Part shown: piece after piece, positions 1 to 9,150 of the stretch
Position numbering within the stretch: position 1 is the stretch's first letter
Layout of the letters: every line of letters starts with the position of its first letter
Notes under the pieces: model-generated
What the model saw: the letters and a program-made list of their open reading frames with translations, nothing else
What the model was told of the DNA's origin: nothing
Database searches by the model: none
Assembly: GCA_964355495.1 (NCBI GenBank)
Contig: CAYHES010000001.1
Coordinates: 1-54,222, forward strand
Reading direction: 5' to 3'
DNA from: an uncultured Acidiferrobacterales bacterium
GTDB taxonomy: Bacteria; Pseudomonadota; Gammaproteobacteria; Acidiferrobacterales; UBA6901
DNA length: 54,222 nt
Made by a program: the position numbers and the translations under genes

Positions 1-386
1 CCGTTAAGGAAGCCCTAAACAAGTCCCCTCTCCCCCTTGAAAAAAAGGGGGGGGGGAGGGAGAGGGGGCAGGTCAATCCCTTGAACTGCCTCAGTCGGTT
101 TGCAGTGTGACCATATTCGCGGCAATAGAATCACAGCCTCACGCCCACCAAGGTATTCAAACATGAACACCGGAAGGAGAGACACCACGGAAAAGACCGG
201 CCTGGTGCTGGCGCTGGGTGGCGGCGGTGCACCGGGCCTGGCGCATATCGGCGTCCTTCAGGTGCTGGAGGAAAACGCCATCCCGGTGCGCGCCATTGCC
301 GGCACCAGCATCGGCGCCGAGATCGGCGCATTCGTGGCGAGCGGTATGCCGATCAACGATCTTGCGGCAATCGCCCTGGAGTTCGA

Positions 387-636
387 CTGGAAGCAGACCC
401 TGCAGTTGTTCATGCCGGATCTGCCCGCTGGCGGCATTATTTCCTGTGTTACTGAGGAGACCACCAAATAGTGCGTAGCACCACGCATCCTTTATTCGTA
501 GGGTGGGGCCCTGCCCCACCATCTCCCCGATACAGGAAAACTGGTGGGGCAGGGCCCCACCCTACAGGAATGCTGGAAGCAGACCCTGCATCTGTTCATG
601 CCGGATCTGCCCGCTGGCGGCATTATTTCCGGTGTT
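387..636. repeat. 64-bp direct duplication of patatin coding sequence (387-450 and 573-636, 3 mismatches) flanking a 122-bp insert
   Basis: Aligned by eye, the two copies (starting ctggaagcagaccctgca and ending cattatttcc[t/g]gtgtt) differ at 3 positions. The flanks outside the copies are unrelated. Confidence 0.9.
498..565. repeat. REP-like palindromic doublet: perfect 24-bp inverted repeat with a 20-nt loop
   Basis: GTAGGGTGGGGCCCTGCCCCACCA (498-521) is the exact reverse complement of TGGTGGGGCAGGGCCCCACCCTAC (542-565). Related GGTGGGGCAGGNCCCCACC units occur at 1628-1650 and 51561-51583. Confidence 0.85.
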
Positions 637-1426
637 AACATCGTGGATTTCCTGGAGGGCTGGCTGGGTGCGCAGCACATCCAGGATCTGGCCATGGGAT
701 ACGCGGCCATCGCGGCAGATCTTGAGAGCGGCGAGCAGATCATCATCGACCGGGGTACGCTGGTCAACGCTGTGCGTGCCAGCGTTTCGGTGCCGGGCCT
801 CATTGCACCCTATCGCAGTGGGCAGCGGCTGCTGACCGACGGTGGTGTGGTGAATCCGCTGCCGTTCGATGTGGCGCGTGAACGTTTCGGCGGTCCGGTG
901 GTGGCCGTGGCGGTGCATGGCGGCGCTCGCCACCTGCAGACCCACCCGCAACCGCTGCCGGAGTGGCCGGTGCGCGCACGTCAACTGCTCGATCAGCCAT
1001 GGATGGCGCGCGTACCGGGCATGCGCGCCTGGTTGGAGACGCAGCTGCATAATCACCTGAACAACTTTTCCGACAACACTCTTTGGACTGCACGCCGTGT
1101 ACTCGACCGGGTAGTGAATATCACCGAGGCCGAGATTGTGCGCTTGCGCACGGCGCTTGATCCGCCCGACCTCATGTGCTCATGCCAGAGGTGGGCCACA
1201 TCGGCCTGGTCGAGTTCTATCGCGCCAAGGATGCCATCGCTGCCGGCCGCCGCGCGGCCGAGGCGAGTTTGCCCGATCTGTTCCGTCTCCTGAAGGCTGA
1301 CCAGGCCCAGCATCAAGTGCCGGACAGGATAGCGTGACAGTCAAAAAGAAGTGGGCACCTCTAAAAATCGGTTATTTTATGCAGGCTGGGTTAAGCCGCC
1401 AATATTTATATCGTCTTACCACCAAC

Positions 1427-1720
1427 TCCCCCTCTCCCGCATCAGCGGGAGAGGGCAAGGGGTGAGGGCACAGCGGCGAACCCAACAAAATCATACTGAT
1501 TGGTGGATACGTTGCGCATAATCCACCCAACAATTTTGAATTAGCAAGGCATGCGGCGTTCCCGTGCAAATCATCCAAAGGTAGGGTGCGTTCCACGCAC
1601 CGATCGGAGTGTCTCGCTGCTAATGAATGGTGGGGCAGGCCCCCCACCCTGACTAGAACTTATCTCAAAATCCCCCCGGCCTCCGGCCGACCCCCTTTTC
1701 CAAAGGGGGTGAGCGTCTAA
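1427..1720. repeat. Cluster of several REP-like palindromic units in an intergenic spacer
   Basis: Units seen: ccccctctcccgcatcagcgggagaggg...ggtgaggg (1427-1470), gtagggtgcgttccacgcacc (about 1578-1600), tggtggggcaggccccccaccct (1628-1650) and the hairpin acccccttttccaaagggggt (about 1690-1712). There is no convincing ORF. Confidence 0.7.
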
Positions 1721-1908
1721 TTCGGTGAGTGCCTCGGCAACCGCTCCCTGCGTTGGCCCCTCGACCGCGCCAAGCAAGCCATGAACGTCAACCATGCCAC
1801 CGCTGTGAGTTTATTCTTGTTCCCATATAACCAGTATTCATTGTTAAATACGAGGAATGGCAAACTTTCCCCTTGCAGTAAGTTTATTATCAGTATAATT
1901 TAACAATA

Positions 1909-2706
1909 ATGGCTAGTGAAACAGGCAGCAAGATAAACAAACTCCTCAGAATATGGCCGCCAGGTGCCGTGATGGTGTCGCCGTGGCTGGAAAAACAGGG
2001 TGTCTATCAGCAACTGGTTCACGAATACGAAAAAGCCTCTTGGCTGCGCCGGATCGGCCGAGGGGCCTATGCCAAGGCCGGCGACAAGGTCGAGTGGACC
2101 GGCGGCCTTTATGCCATGCAGGAACAGATGGGTCTGCCCGTGCATGCGGGCGGCAAAACCGCGCTGCAAATGCAGGGGTACGCCCATTTCCTGCCGCTGG
2201 GGAAGGGCGCAACAGTTACGCTGTTCGGTCTTCCCGATGTCAAGCTACCCGCGTGGTTCAAGCAGTACCGCTGGGGCGTCAGGGTCCGGTATACGACAAC
2301 AACTCTTTTTGCCGGTATCGCGAATCGAGGGCTGACAAAAAAGGAAATCGGGTTCTACGCCGTCGGCGTTTCCGCACCCGAGCGGGCCATCATGGAAGTG
2401 TTGTATGGCGTGCCCAATGAAGAATCGTACGAGGAGGCGAAGCTGCTCATGGAGGGGCTGACGACATTGCGTCCCGCGGTAGTGCAGACCTTGCTCGAAC
2501 ACTGTGCGTCCGTGAAGGTAAAACGCCTGTTCATGGTGCTCGCCGAAAGCTGTCGGCATTCCTGGGTCAAGAAGCTCGACCTGTCGAAAGTGGACTTTGG
2601 CAAGGGCAAACGCATGCTGGTCAAGGGCGGGCGGTTCGATTCCAAATACAACATCACCGTGCCGGACAGGGAAGGTGAGCGGAGCGAGTCGGGAGGGCGG
2701 GTCTGA
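1909..2706 (+). CDS. Type IV toxin-antitoxin system AbiEi-family antitoxin/transcriptional regulator
   Basis: The N-terminus (WPPGAVMVSPWLEKQGVYQQLVHEYEKASWLRRIGRGAYAKAGD) resembles the AbiEi_4-type domain. It lies immediately upstream of, and abuts, an AbiEii gene. Confidence 0.7.
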   Translation: MASETGSKINKLLRIWPPGAVMVSPWLEKQGVYQQLVHEYEKASWLRRIGRGAYAKAGDKVEWTGGLYAMQEQMGLPVHAGGKTALQMQGYAHFLPLGKGATVTLFGLPDVKLPAWFKQYRWGVRVRYTTTTLFAGIANRGLTKKEIGFYAVGVSAPERAIMEVLYGVPNEESYEEAKLLMEGLTTLRPAVVQTLLEHCASVKVKRLFMVLAESCRHSWVKKLDLSKVDFGKGKRMLVKGGRFDSKYNITVPDREGERSESGGRV

Positions 2707-2735
2707 TCGGTAATCCGTATTTCAAGCAGGCGGAA

Positions 2736-3623
2736 TTGATGCTCCGGGTCATGCCGCATGTGGCAGCGGAGGATTGTTTTGCGCTGAAGGGCGGGACAGC
2801 GATCAACCTGTTCGTGCGGGACATGCCGCGGCTGTCTGTGGATATTGATCTCGCGTATCTGCCGGCTGAGGAGTCACGTGCAACAGCGCTGAAAAATATC
2901 AGTGAGGCCCTTGGCCGTATCGCGATGGCCATTAAAAAGACGATCCCAAACGCGAAGGTCCAGGAAAGCCGGGCGCAGGAGCCGGCGCGAATTGCCAAGC
3001 TCCTTGTGGCGGTCGGACAGACACGGATAAAAATCGAGCCGAACGAAGTCATTCGGGGAGCGGTGTTTGCGGCTGAGGAGCGTGAGCTGACGCGGCGCGC
3101 GGAAGAGCTGTTCGAGCTTTCGGTTACGGCACGAATGCTTTCGATTGCCGACCTGTACGGAGGAAAACTCTGCGCCGCATTGGACCGCCAGCATCCACGG
3201 GATCTTTTCGATGTCATGGTGTTGCTGGAAAACGAAGGTATTACGGATGCGATACGCAAGGCGTTTGTCGTTTATCTCGCCAGTCACGATCGGCCGATCA
3301 ATGAACTGCTCGACCCGACACGGAAAGATATCCGGCGAGTCTACGAGAGCGAGTTCGTTGGCATGACGGCCGAAGAGATCGAATACGAAGACCTGATCGT
3401 GGCCAGGGAAACCCTCATTGAGACCTTGAAGAAGGAGTTGACCGATGCCGAAAAGGCGTTCCTCATCTCGCTGAAAGAAGGGCAGCCCGAGTGGAGTGCC
3501 ATCGGCGTCGAGGGTATTGAGAAGTTTCCGGCTATTCAGTGGAAGCTGATGAACATTCGGAAAATCGGTGAAAAGAAACGTGTCGAGTCTCTGGAAAAGC
3601 TCATGAGAATACTCGGACTATAG
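2736..3623 (+). CDS. AbiEii/AbiGii-family nucleotidyltransferase toxin (DUF1814)
   Basis: FALKGGTAINLFVRDMPRLSVDIDLAYLP is the typical AbiEii nucleotidyltransferase N-terminal motif. The start is uncertain: TTG 2736 or ATG 2739, and the family-like residues GNPYFKQAEL lie upstream without a canonical start codon. Confidence 0.8.
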   Translation: MMLRVMPHVAAEDCFALKGGTAINLFVRDMPRLSVDIDLAYLPAEESRATALKNISEALGRIAMAIKKTIPNAKVQESRAQEPARIAKLLVAVGQTRIKIEPNEVIRGAVFAAEERELTRRAEELFELSVTARMLSIADLYGGKLCAALDRQHPRDLFDVMVLLENEGITDAIRKAFVVYLASHDRPINELLDPTRKDIRRVYESEFVGMTAEEIEYEDLIVARETLIETLKKELTDAEKAFLISLKEGQPEWSAIGVEGIEKFPAIQWKLMNIRKIGEKKRVESLEKLMRILGL

Positions 3624-3847
3624 GACTGACGAGTCGAGCATCGTCTGCCATCCAGGGCCGCCTAATCCTGCAGGGATTCCAGCTACTGAGGAGAGCGGTA
3701 AATAGTGCACACCGTCGCGTCTATTAGGTTCCTTCTCCCGGAGGGAGAAGGATACTGAAGTGGTCCTCTGTGAGTTATGCCTGCCGCCGAATCACGGCTA
3801 TGCTCTTGCGTAACAAATTGCACGCACCCCGGCGAAGAACGAAGAGC

Positions 3848-4831
3848 ATGCGTTATACCAGTCAGATCGTTGTCCTGTTCCTGTTGATTGCGCCGAAAGC
3901 AGCAGCCGAACCGCCTGTGCCATTACACGACTGTCGCCGCCTGACGAGCGAGACCGAGCGTCTGCGTTGCTACGATGCATTGCCTTTGGGTGGCGAGACA
4001 CAACCGCCGCCGGCTGCGGATGAAGCGGTTCCCGATGCAAGGCCGGCGCTCGAACAGCGTCTGGAAAAGCAGCGTGACCTCGCGCGCCGCGCTTTCGCCG
4101 TCATTCCGCACCGGCCGAATTACATTCTGTATACCTACAACAGCGAGCCGAACCTGGCGCCGTTCCTGGCCGTTAACCCGGAGGCCGATCTCCAGCACCA
4201 GGAACTCAAGTTCCAGATCAGCCTGCGCGTGCCGCTTTATAACAGGATGTTCGGGGAAAATGGCGACCTGTGGTTTGCCTATACCCAACTGTCGTTCTGG
4301 CAGGCATTCAACTGGGCGCAGTCAGCACCGTTTCGTGAAACCAACTACGAACCGGAACTGGGCCTGACGTTCCACACCGACTTCGCGTTGCTCGGTCTGC
4401 GGCACCGGTTATTTGCCGTGGGTTTCGCACACCAGTCGAATGGTCGGGGCGAGCCATTGTCGCGTAGCTGGAACCGCCTGTGGGCCAGCTTTCAACTCGA
4501 GCGCGGCAATTTCGTGCTGGCCTTCAAGCCGTGGTACCGCATTCCGGAAGAAAGTGCACACGACAACAATCCCGATATCCTCGACTACGCCGGACGTGCC
4601 GAGCTGCGCAGCATCTACAAGTACGGCGAGCAGGTCTTCTCATTCATGCTGCGCAACAACCTGCTTACCGCCGACAACCGCAGCGGCTATGAGCTCAACT
4701 GGAGCTTTCCGTTCAGCCGGCGCATCAAGGGATTCCTGCAGTTCTACAACGGTTATGGCGAGAGCCTGATTGACTATGACGTCCGCACCCGGCGCGCGGG
4801 GCTTGGGATCCTGGTAGAGGATTGGCTGTAG
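3848..4831 (+). CDS. pldA: Outer-membrane phospholipase A1 (OMPLA)
   Basis: Contains DLWFAYTQLSFWQ and the catalytic-region motif HQSNGRGEPLSRSWNR. The signal peptide MRYTSQIVVLFLLIAPKAAA favours the ATG at 3848 over the longest ORF start at 3770. Confidence 0.85.
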   Translation: MRYTSQIVVLFLLIAPKAAAEPPVPLHDCRRLTSETERLRCYDALPLGGETQPPPAADEAVPDARPALEQRLEKQRDLARRAFAVIPHRPNYILYTYNSEPNLAPFLAVNPEADLQHQELKFQISLRVPLYNRMFGENGDLWFAYTQLSFWQAFNWAQSAPFRETNYEPELGLTFHTDFALLGLRHRLFAVGFAHQSNGRGEPLSRSWNRLWASFQLERGNFVLAFKPWYRIPEESAHDNNPDILDYAGRAELRSIYKYGEQVFSFMLRNNLLTADNRSGYELNWSFPFSRRIKGFLQFYNGYGESLIDYDVRTRRAGLGILVEDWL

Positions 4832-4870
4832 TGTAGTGCTTCGTATTAACGCACCTTCCGGTCTTGCAAG

Positions 4871-4910
4871 TCCCCTCCCCCTGAAGGGGAGGGCTAGGGA
4901 GGGGTGGGGT
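4871..4910. repeat. REP-like unit of the CCCCTC(C/T)CCC...GGGGAGGG...GGGTGGGG family
   Basis: The sequence is tcccctccccctgaaggggagggctagggaggggtggggt. Related copies occur at about 24-69, 1427-1470, 5157-5200 and 52511-52600. Confidence 0.7.
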
Positions 4911-4947
4911 TGAATCCATGCAGCCGTGTCCTTCTTCTTGAGAAGGA

Positions 4948-4972
4948 GAAAAAAAGGGCCACGACGTGGCCC
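4948..4972 (-). terminator. Rho-independent terminator downstream of tRNA-Leu
   Basis: On the minus strand, the hairpin GGGCCACGTCGTGGCCC is followed directly by a T run (the plus-strand A run at 4949-4955). Confidence 0.7.
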
Positions 4973-4982
4973 TGCGATCGAT

Positions 4983-5069
4983 TGGTACCGAGGGTCGGAA
5001 TCGAACCGACACGGTGTCACCACCACCGGATTTTGAGTCCGGCGCGTCTACCAGTTCCGCCACCCCGGC
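4983..5069 (-). tRNA. tRNA-Leu (anticodon CAA), 87 nt with a long variable arm and encoded CCA
   Basis: The reverse complement reads GCCGGGGTGGCGGAACTGGTAGACGCGCCGGACTCAAAATCCGG...GTCGGTTCGATTCCGACCCTCGGTACCA. The acceptor stem pairs with two G-U wobbles, the anticodon loop is CTCAAAA, and the T-arm is GTTCGATTC. Confidence 0.9.
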
Positions 5070-5156
5070 ACAGCTCGGCAGTATATCAATCTCGCTATCC
5101 GGATAACAACGCAGACAGCAGGCTAGGGAATCTCTGAACGAGTTGCAAAAAAATTT

Positions 5157-5232
5157 GCCCCCTCTCCCTTTAAGGGAGAGGGCTGGGGAGAGGGTGGGGC
5201 AGATCAATGTATTGACCTACCCCCTCTCCCCT
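5157..5232. repeat. REP-like unit plus a partial second unit (CCCCTCTCCC family)
   Basis: The sequence is gccccctctccctttaagggagagggctggggagagggtggggcagatcaat, followed by ccccctctcccct. Confidence 0.7.
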
Positions 5233-5248
5233 AAACCCCGTCAATTCT

Positions 5249-5330
5249 GTCATTTCGAGCGCAGCGAGAAATCTTCCGGTGCCCAGGAATAAAGAAGATT
5301 CCTCACCGCCTGACGGCGGTTCAGAATGAC
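5249..5330. repeat. MITE/REP-like element with imperfect terminal inverted repeats (GTCATTTCGAGCG...TCAGAATGAC)
   Basis: The ends gtcatttcgagcgcagcgagaaatcttc and gaagattcctc...ggttcagaatgac are partially complementary. This resembles a short repeat family that is widespread in bacteria. Confidence 0.55.
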
Positions 5331-6047
5331 AAACATGGACTTGTTCAGAGCTTCTCTAGTGCAGGCAAAGGCGGCCACCCAGTATGGGTGTGCATGGTTG
5401 CAACACCATGACGCAGAGCTGTTCACACGGTGCCCGATGACGAGCGCCTCTCGCCAGCAGGGTTCCGGCAGTGGTAACGCAGTGGTACACTCGTGCACGC
5501 AAGCGTGGCAAGGAAAAGAACAAGGGATTGCGTACTTCATAGCCATGCCGACTTCATCGGCGGAACCGAAAGCAGGTTTTGCATCGCCCCTGGATTTTTC
5601 AGGGACGCGCAGACGTTTGGCAATGCTCGGCGGAACGTACCGGGTGGCCAAGACTTGGTTTGTGGCGGTGCGTATGACGTGGAATGTCACCTGACTGCGG
5701 GGCCAGGGTCCCGGTGTGTCGGTTGGCATGCGCTCGTGTCACGGCGTGCGTGTTTTGGAGGAGTTAGAAATGCCCTGTCATCAATGTGTATCGTGCCCGC
5801 AAATGACGGCGATAGGGTAGGGCATATGCTTTTGAGGGCTTCGCTAACTCCCCGGCATGTTCCTTGCAAGCAGGATGATGACTGGTCTGGGGTGGGGCAA
5901 GAGGCGCATCGCCAGAGCCCAAGATTTTGGTGGTTTGCGCACTGTTCGGCAGGCCACGAGTGAATTCATTGAGCACATCCGTGAATGCAGGGCGCAAGAA
6001 ATCAGTGTTGAAGGGATAAATACTGTGGAACAAGGGAAACAAGGGAC

Positions 6048-7454
6048 ATGATCCGGATTTTCAGGCATTACGTGCCTGCGCAGCTTCTGCTGCTGGCGGT
6101 GGTTGAGGTCGCCATCCTCATTTTATCCATCTATCTCGCGGTCGCTGTCCGCTTTGCAGGTGCCGACGCGGCCGACCTCCTGTCAGTCGGTACGGTTATC
6201 TCGCGCGCCATACTTTTTGCCTGCGTGATGCTCATCACGATGACCGCATTCGGCATGTTCACACGCGCATCCCAGACCGGCGACTTGGGGTACTACATTC
6301 GTTTTCTGGCGAGTTTTGCGGTGGGGGGCATTATCATGACCTTCATCTTCTACCTGTTGCCGAGTTTGTTTCTGGGTCGTGGTGTCATGGCGCTGGCATT
6401 TATGTTCGCCTTTGCGGGCACGGCGCTGAATCGCCTCGTCTTCGTGCGCCTTGTGGACATGAATGCGCTCAAGCGCCGGTTGCTGGTGCTGGGAACCGGA
6501 ACGCGGGCAGCGCAAATCGGCAATTTGTATGAGCAAGACGAGGACATGCGACGCAAGTTCCATCTGGTTGGTTATTTGGCGCTTACGAAGGCAACACACC
6601 ATCCGTATGTGCCGCGCGAGAACCTGCTGGAACACAGTGGCAGTCTGCTGGCGATTGCAACTCGGCACATGGCCGACGAGATCGTCGTAGCGATTCGCGA
6701 TCGCCGCAATGGCGGCCTGAATATCGATGAGCTGCTGGAATGCAAGCTCAATGGAATTGAGGTGACGGATATTTCCAGTTTCTTCGAGCGCGAGACTGGC
6801 CACGTACAACTCGATTCGCTCAATCCAAGCTGGATAGTATTCTCGGATGGTTTCGGCCGTACTACCGCGAAGTCCACGTCCAAGCGCATCTTCGATGTTG
6901 CCGTGAGCCTGTTGTTGCTGGTCGTTACGCTACCGGTCACGTTGTTAACGGCTTTGTTAATTGTGCTCGAGAGTGGTTTTCCGATGTTCTATCGGCAGGA
7001 GCGCATGGGTGAATGTGGACAAGCCTTTGGAGTGTTCAAGTTCCGCAGCATGCGCCAGAATGCCGAGCAGGCGGGGCAGCCGCAGTGGGCAAAAATAAAC
7101 GATGACCGCGTAACGCGCGTCGGACGCGTGATTCGTAAGTTGCGCATTGACGAGTTGCCCCAGGTCATCAATGTATTGAAGGGAGACATGAGCTTTGTCG
7201 GACCACGTCCAGAACGGCCTTACTTCGTAGAGCAACTGGCAACCCAGATTCCTTTTTACCACAACCGTCACTCCATCAAACCTGGTATCACCGGCTGGGC
7301 ACAAATCCGCTATCCGTACGGTTCAACGGTCGAAGATGCTATGCACAAACTGCAATATGATCTCTACTATGCCAAGAACCACAGTCTGTTTCTGGATCTG
7401 ATTATTCTGTTTCAGACAGCGCAGGTCGTACTGTTCGGCAAGGGCGCGCGCTGA
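6048..7454 (+). CDS. Priming polyprenyl glycosylphosphotransferase (bacterial sugar transferase, PEP-CTERM/EpsB-type)
   Basis: It has N-terminal transmembrane segments. The C-terminal domain reads KRIFDVAVSLLLL...FYRQERMG...FKFRSM...DDRVTRVGRVIRKLRIDELPQVINVLKGDMSFVGPRPERP. Confidence 0.9.
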   Translation: MIRIFRHYVPAQLLLLAVVEVAILILSIYLAVAVRFAGADAADLLSVGTVISRAILFACVMLITMTAFGMFTRASQTGDLGYYIRFLASFAVGGIIMTFIFYLLPSLFLGRGVMALAFMFAFAGTALNRLVFVRLVDMNALKRRLLVLGTGTRAAQIGNLYEQDEDMRRKFHLVGYLALTKATHHPYVPRENLLEHSGSLLAIATRHMADEIVVAIRDRRNGGLNIDELLECKLNGIEVTDISSFFERETGHVQLDSLNPSWIVFSDGFGRTTAKSTSKRIFDVAVSLLLLVVTLPVTLLTALLIVLESGFPMFYRQERMGECGQAFGVFKFRSMRQNAEQAGQPQWAKINDDRVTRVGRVIRKLRIDELPQVINVLKGDMSFVGPRPERPYFVEQLATQIPFYHNRHSIKPGITGWAQIRYPYGSTVEDAMHKLQYDLYYAKNHSLFLDLIILFQTAQVVLFGKGAR

Positions 7455-7762
7455 GTGTGCGTCAACGGTGCTACTTGAAGGGAGGTAACGGCGATCATGT
7501 AAATGGCATGGAGTTGCCGATTGTCGGGCACGGCCCCGTTCATTGTTTGTTACATGTTCCTTGAACACTTGAAAAGTAGAGTAGAAATAGACCATTATTC
7601 AATAGCTTGATACAACGCCGGGCGGAATAACCGGTCCTGAGCAACGACTTGGTATTGATGTACCGATGACATTTGCCTCGCTGTGCAGCTGTGGCGAGTG
7701 AAGCCGCGTTGAAGCCCGACGGCTCCAATTCTTCAGTTAGGTCGATAATCAAGAGCGACAGA

Positions 7763-8344
7763 ATGCGATACGAAACCAAGCGTCTCATCGTTTACTGCTT
7801 TTATCTTCTCGTGTGGCCCTTCGGCCTGGTGAGCTGGTTGCCATACAAGCTGTTCCGAAGTGAGGTGGCTTTTGACTTCTTTTCAAAGCTTCTCAGCCTG
7901 ATACCGGGAAAAATCGGCCAGTACATCCGAACGGCGTTCTACAAGATGACACTCACAGAGTGTCATTACGATCTGATGGTGGGATTCTGCTCCTTCTTCT
8001 CCCATCCCACCGCCAAGGTTGGTCGTAAAGTTGGCTTGGGCAGTTTCACAATCGTCGGTATCAGCAACATCGGTAAGAATGTCATGATCTCCAGCAGGGT
8101 TTCGGTGCTGGGCAGTAAGTATCAGTATGGCAATACAATGCAATCTGACGCGTCTTCGCAAGAGACACAGGATGAAACGGTTATTATCGGCGATGGCTGC
8201 TGGATAGGCGAGGGAGCGATTGTGATGGCCTCGCTCGGGCGGCAATGTGTTGTGAGTGCGGGCAGCGTCGTAACCAAACCGTCGCAGGATCACGTTGTGG
8301 CAATTGGCAATCCAGCTAGGTACCTGAAGATGGCGGAAAATTAA
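7763..8344 (+). CDS. Membrane-anchored left-handed beta-helix (hexapeptide) acyltransferase, copy 1
   Basis: The C-terminal hexapeptide region reads VIIGDGCWIGEGAIVMASLGRQCVVSAGSVVTKP. There is an N-terminal hydrophobic segment. ATG 7763 is preferred to the TTG at 7673. Confidence 0.75.
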   Translation: MRYETKRLIVYCFYLLVWPFGLVSWLPYKLFRSEVAFDFFSKLLSLIPGKIGQYIRTAFYKMTLTECHYDLMVGFCSFFSHPTAKVGRKVGLGSFTIVGISNIGKNVMISSRVSVLGSKYQYGNTMQSDASSQETQDETVIIGDGCWIGEGAIVMASLGRQCVVSAGSVVTKPSQDHVVAIGNPARYLKMAEN

Positions 8345-8485
8345 CGCGATGCAGTGTGATGATCTGGAGTGCACAGAAAGAATTATGCTTACTATGCAGA
8401 GAGCGACACGCGAGTTAGGTACATTATCGACTGCACTGGTACGCAGAGACGATACTCAGCAGGCACGGAACTCCGATTGCTAACA

Positions 8486-8523
8486 GGCATGCGCACTGTT
8501 CACCGGCATGCGCACTGTTCACC
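8486..8523. repeat. Perfect tandem duplication of a 19-bp unit (ggcatgcgcactgttcacc x2), 34 bp upstream of the second acyltransferase start
   Basis: Units at 8486-8504 and 8505-8523 are identical. Each contains a GCATGC palindrome. Confidence 0.9.
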
Positions 8524-8556
8524 CGAGCCGCAGATTAATGGAGGAGTTGAGACGCA

Positions 8557-9150
8557 ATGCCTTATGGATTCAAATGTGTATTAGTCGCTCTGTTTTGCGC
8601 GGTTACTTGGCCGTTGTCATTGCCGGCGCGAATCGCGCATCGCCACTTTGGTAGCGAGACCCTGTTCGACTTTTCAGCAAAACTTCTGAGTTTGGTACCT
8701 GGCAAAGTGGGCCAATATCTGCGTACGTCATTTTATGTTGTCACGCTTGATCGTTGCCCCGCCGATTTGTCGGTTGCCTTTGGTTCATTTTTCTCACATG
8801 CGACCGCGAACGTAGGGCGTTCTGTTGTAATAGGATCCTTCTCCATCGTGGGCACAGCCAGGCTCGGTAACGGTGTGGCGATTGCCAGCCGCGTGTCGGT
8901 GCTAAGTGGTAAACACCAGCACGGCAGTGCGTTGCGTGGCCTCTCGTCATCACATGAGGTGCATTATGAGATGGTCACCGTTGGCGATGGCTGCTGGATC
9001 GGCGAAGGTGCGATAGTGATGGCCTCGATTGGGCGTGAATGCATCGTGGGCGCAGGCAGTGTCGTTACGAAACCAGTAACTGATCGTGCAGTTCTTGTTG
9101 GCAACCCAGCAAAGATGCTGAAGAGCATGGAGGATGTGTATGATGCATAG
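8557..9150 (+). CDS. Membrane-anchored hexapeptide acyltransferase, copy 2 (paralog of 7763-8344)
   Basis: FDFSAKLLSLVPGKVGQYLRTSFYVVTL matches FDFFSKLLSLIPGKIGQYIRTAFYKMTL in copy 1. It also has VTVGDGCWIGEGAIVMASIGRECIVGAGSVVTKP. A GGAGG ribosome-binding site lies upstream of ATG 8557. Confidence 0.8.
   Translation: MPYGFKCVLVALFCAVTWPLSLPARIAHRHFGSETLFDFSAKLLSLVPGKVGQYLRTSFYVVTLDRCPADLSVAFGSFFSHATANVGRSVVIGSFSIVGTARLGNGVAIASRVSVLSGKHQHGSALRGLSSSHEVHYEMVTVGDGCWIGEGAIVMASIGRECIVGAGSVVTKPVTDRAVLVGNPAKMLKSMEDVYDA

Larger units (their letters stand above)
163..1337 (+). pseudogene. Patatin-like phospholipase (RssA-like), disrupted by an internal insertion/duplication with an in-frame stop, plus a later frameshift
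   Basis: The N-terminal part carries the patatin motifs [14 protein letters not shown] and GTSIGA and ends at TAG 469-471. Reading resumes in the same frame at [21 protein letters not shown]. After about 1170-1185 the family-typical C-terminus (PEVGHIGLVEFYRAKDAIAAGRRAAEASLPDLFRLL, stop 1335-1337) is in a different frame. Confidence 0.75.

Noticed and set aside
40-56. An A7-G10 homopolymer tract that could be a slipped-strand phase-variation site.
   Set aside because: It forms the loop and stem of a REP-like hairpin (CCCCTCTCCCCC...GGGGGGGGGGAGGGAGAGGGGG) at the very edge of the window, upstream of a gene that is already a pseudogene. No functional target is evident.
4983-5069. tRNA-Leu as the integration site of a genomic island carrying the EPS locus.
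   Set aside because: No integrase gene is adjacent, and I found no direct repeat of the tRNA 3' end elsewhere in the window. This cannot be excluded without a whole-genome comparison.
5250-6047. Overlapping ORFs of 122-159 aa on both strands, between the repeat elements and the priming transferase gene.
   Set aside because: I see no recognisable motifs. The ORFs mutually overlap, have odd composition, and begin inside a repeat element. The region is more likely a non-coding promoter or leader. I also looked for a c-di-GMP-riboswitch-like pattern and could not support one.
8369-8584. A 71-aa ORF between the two hexapeptide acyltransferase genes.
   Set aside because: It runs through the 19-bp tandem repeat and into the next gene's start. 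It has no ribosome-binding site or motif, so I treated it as non-coding.
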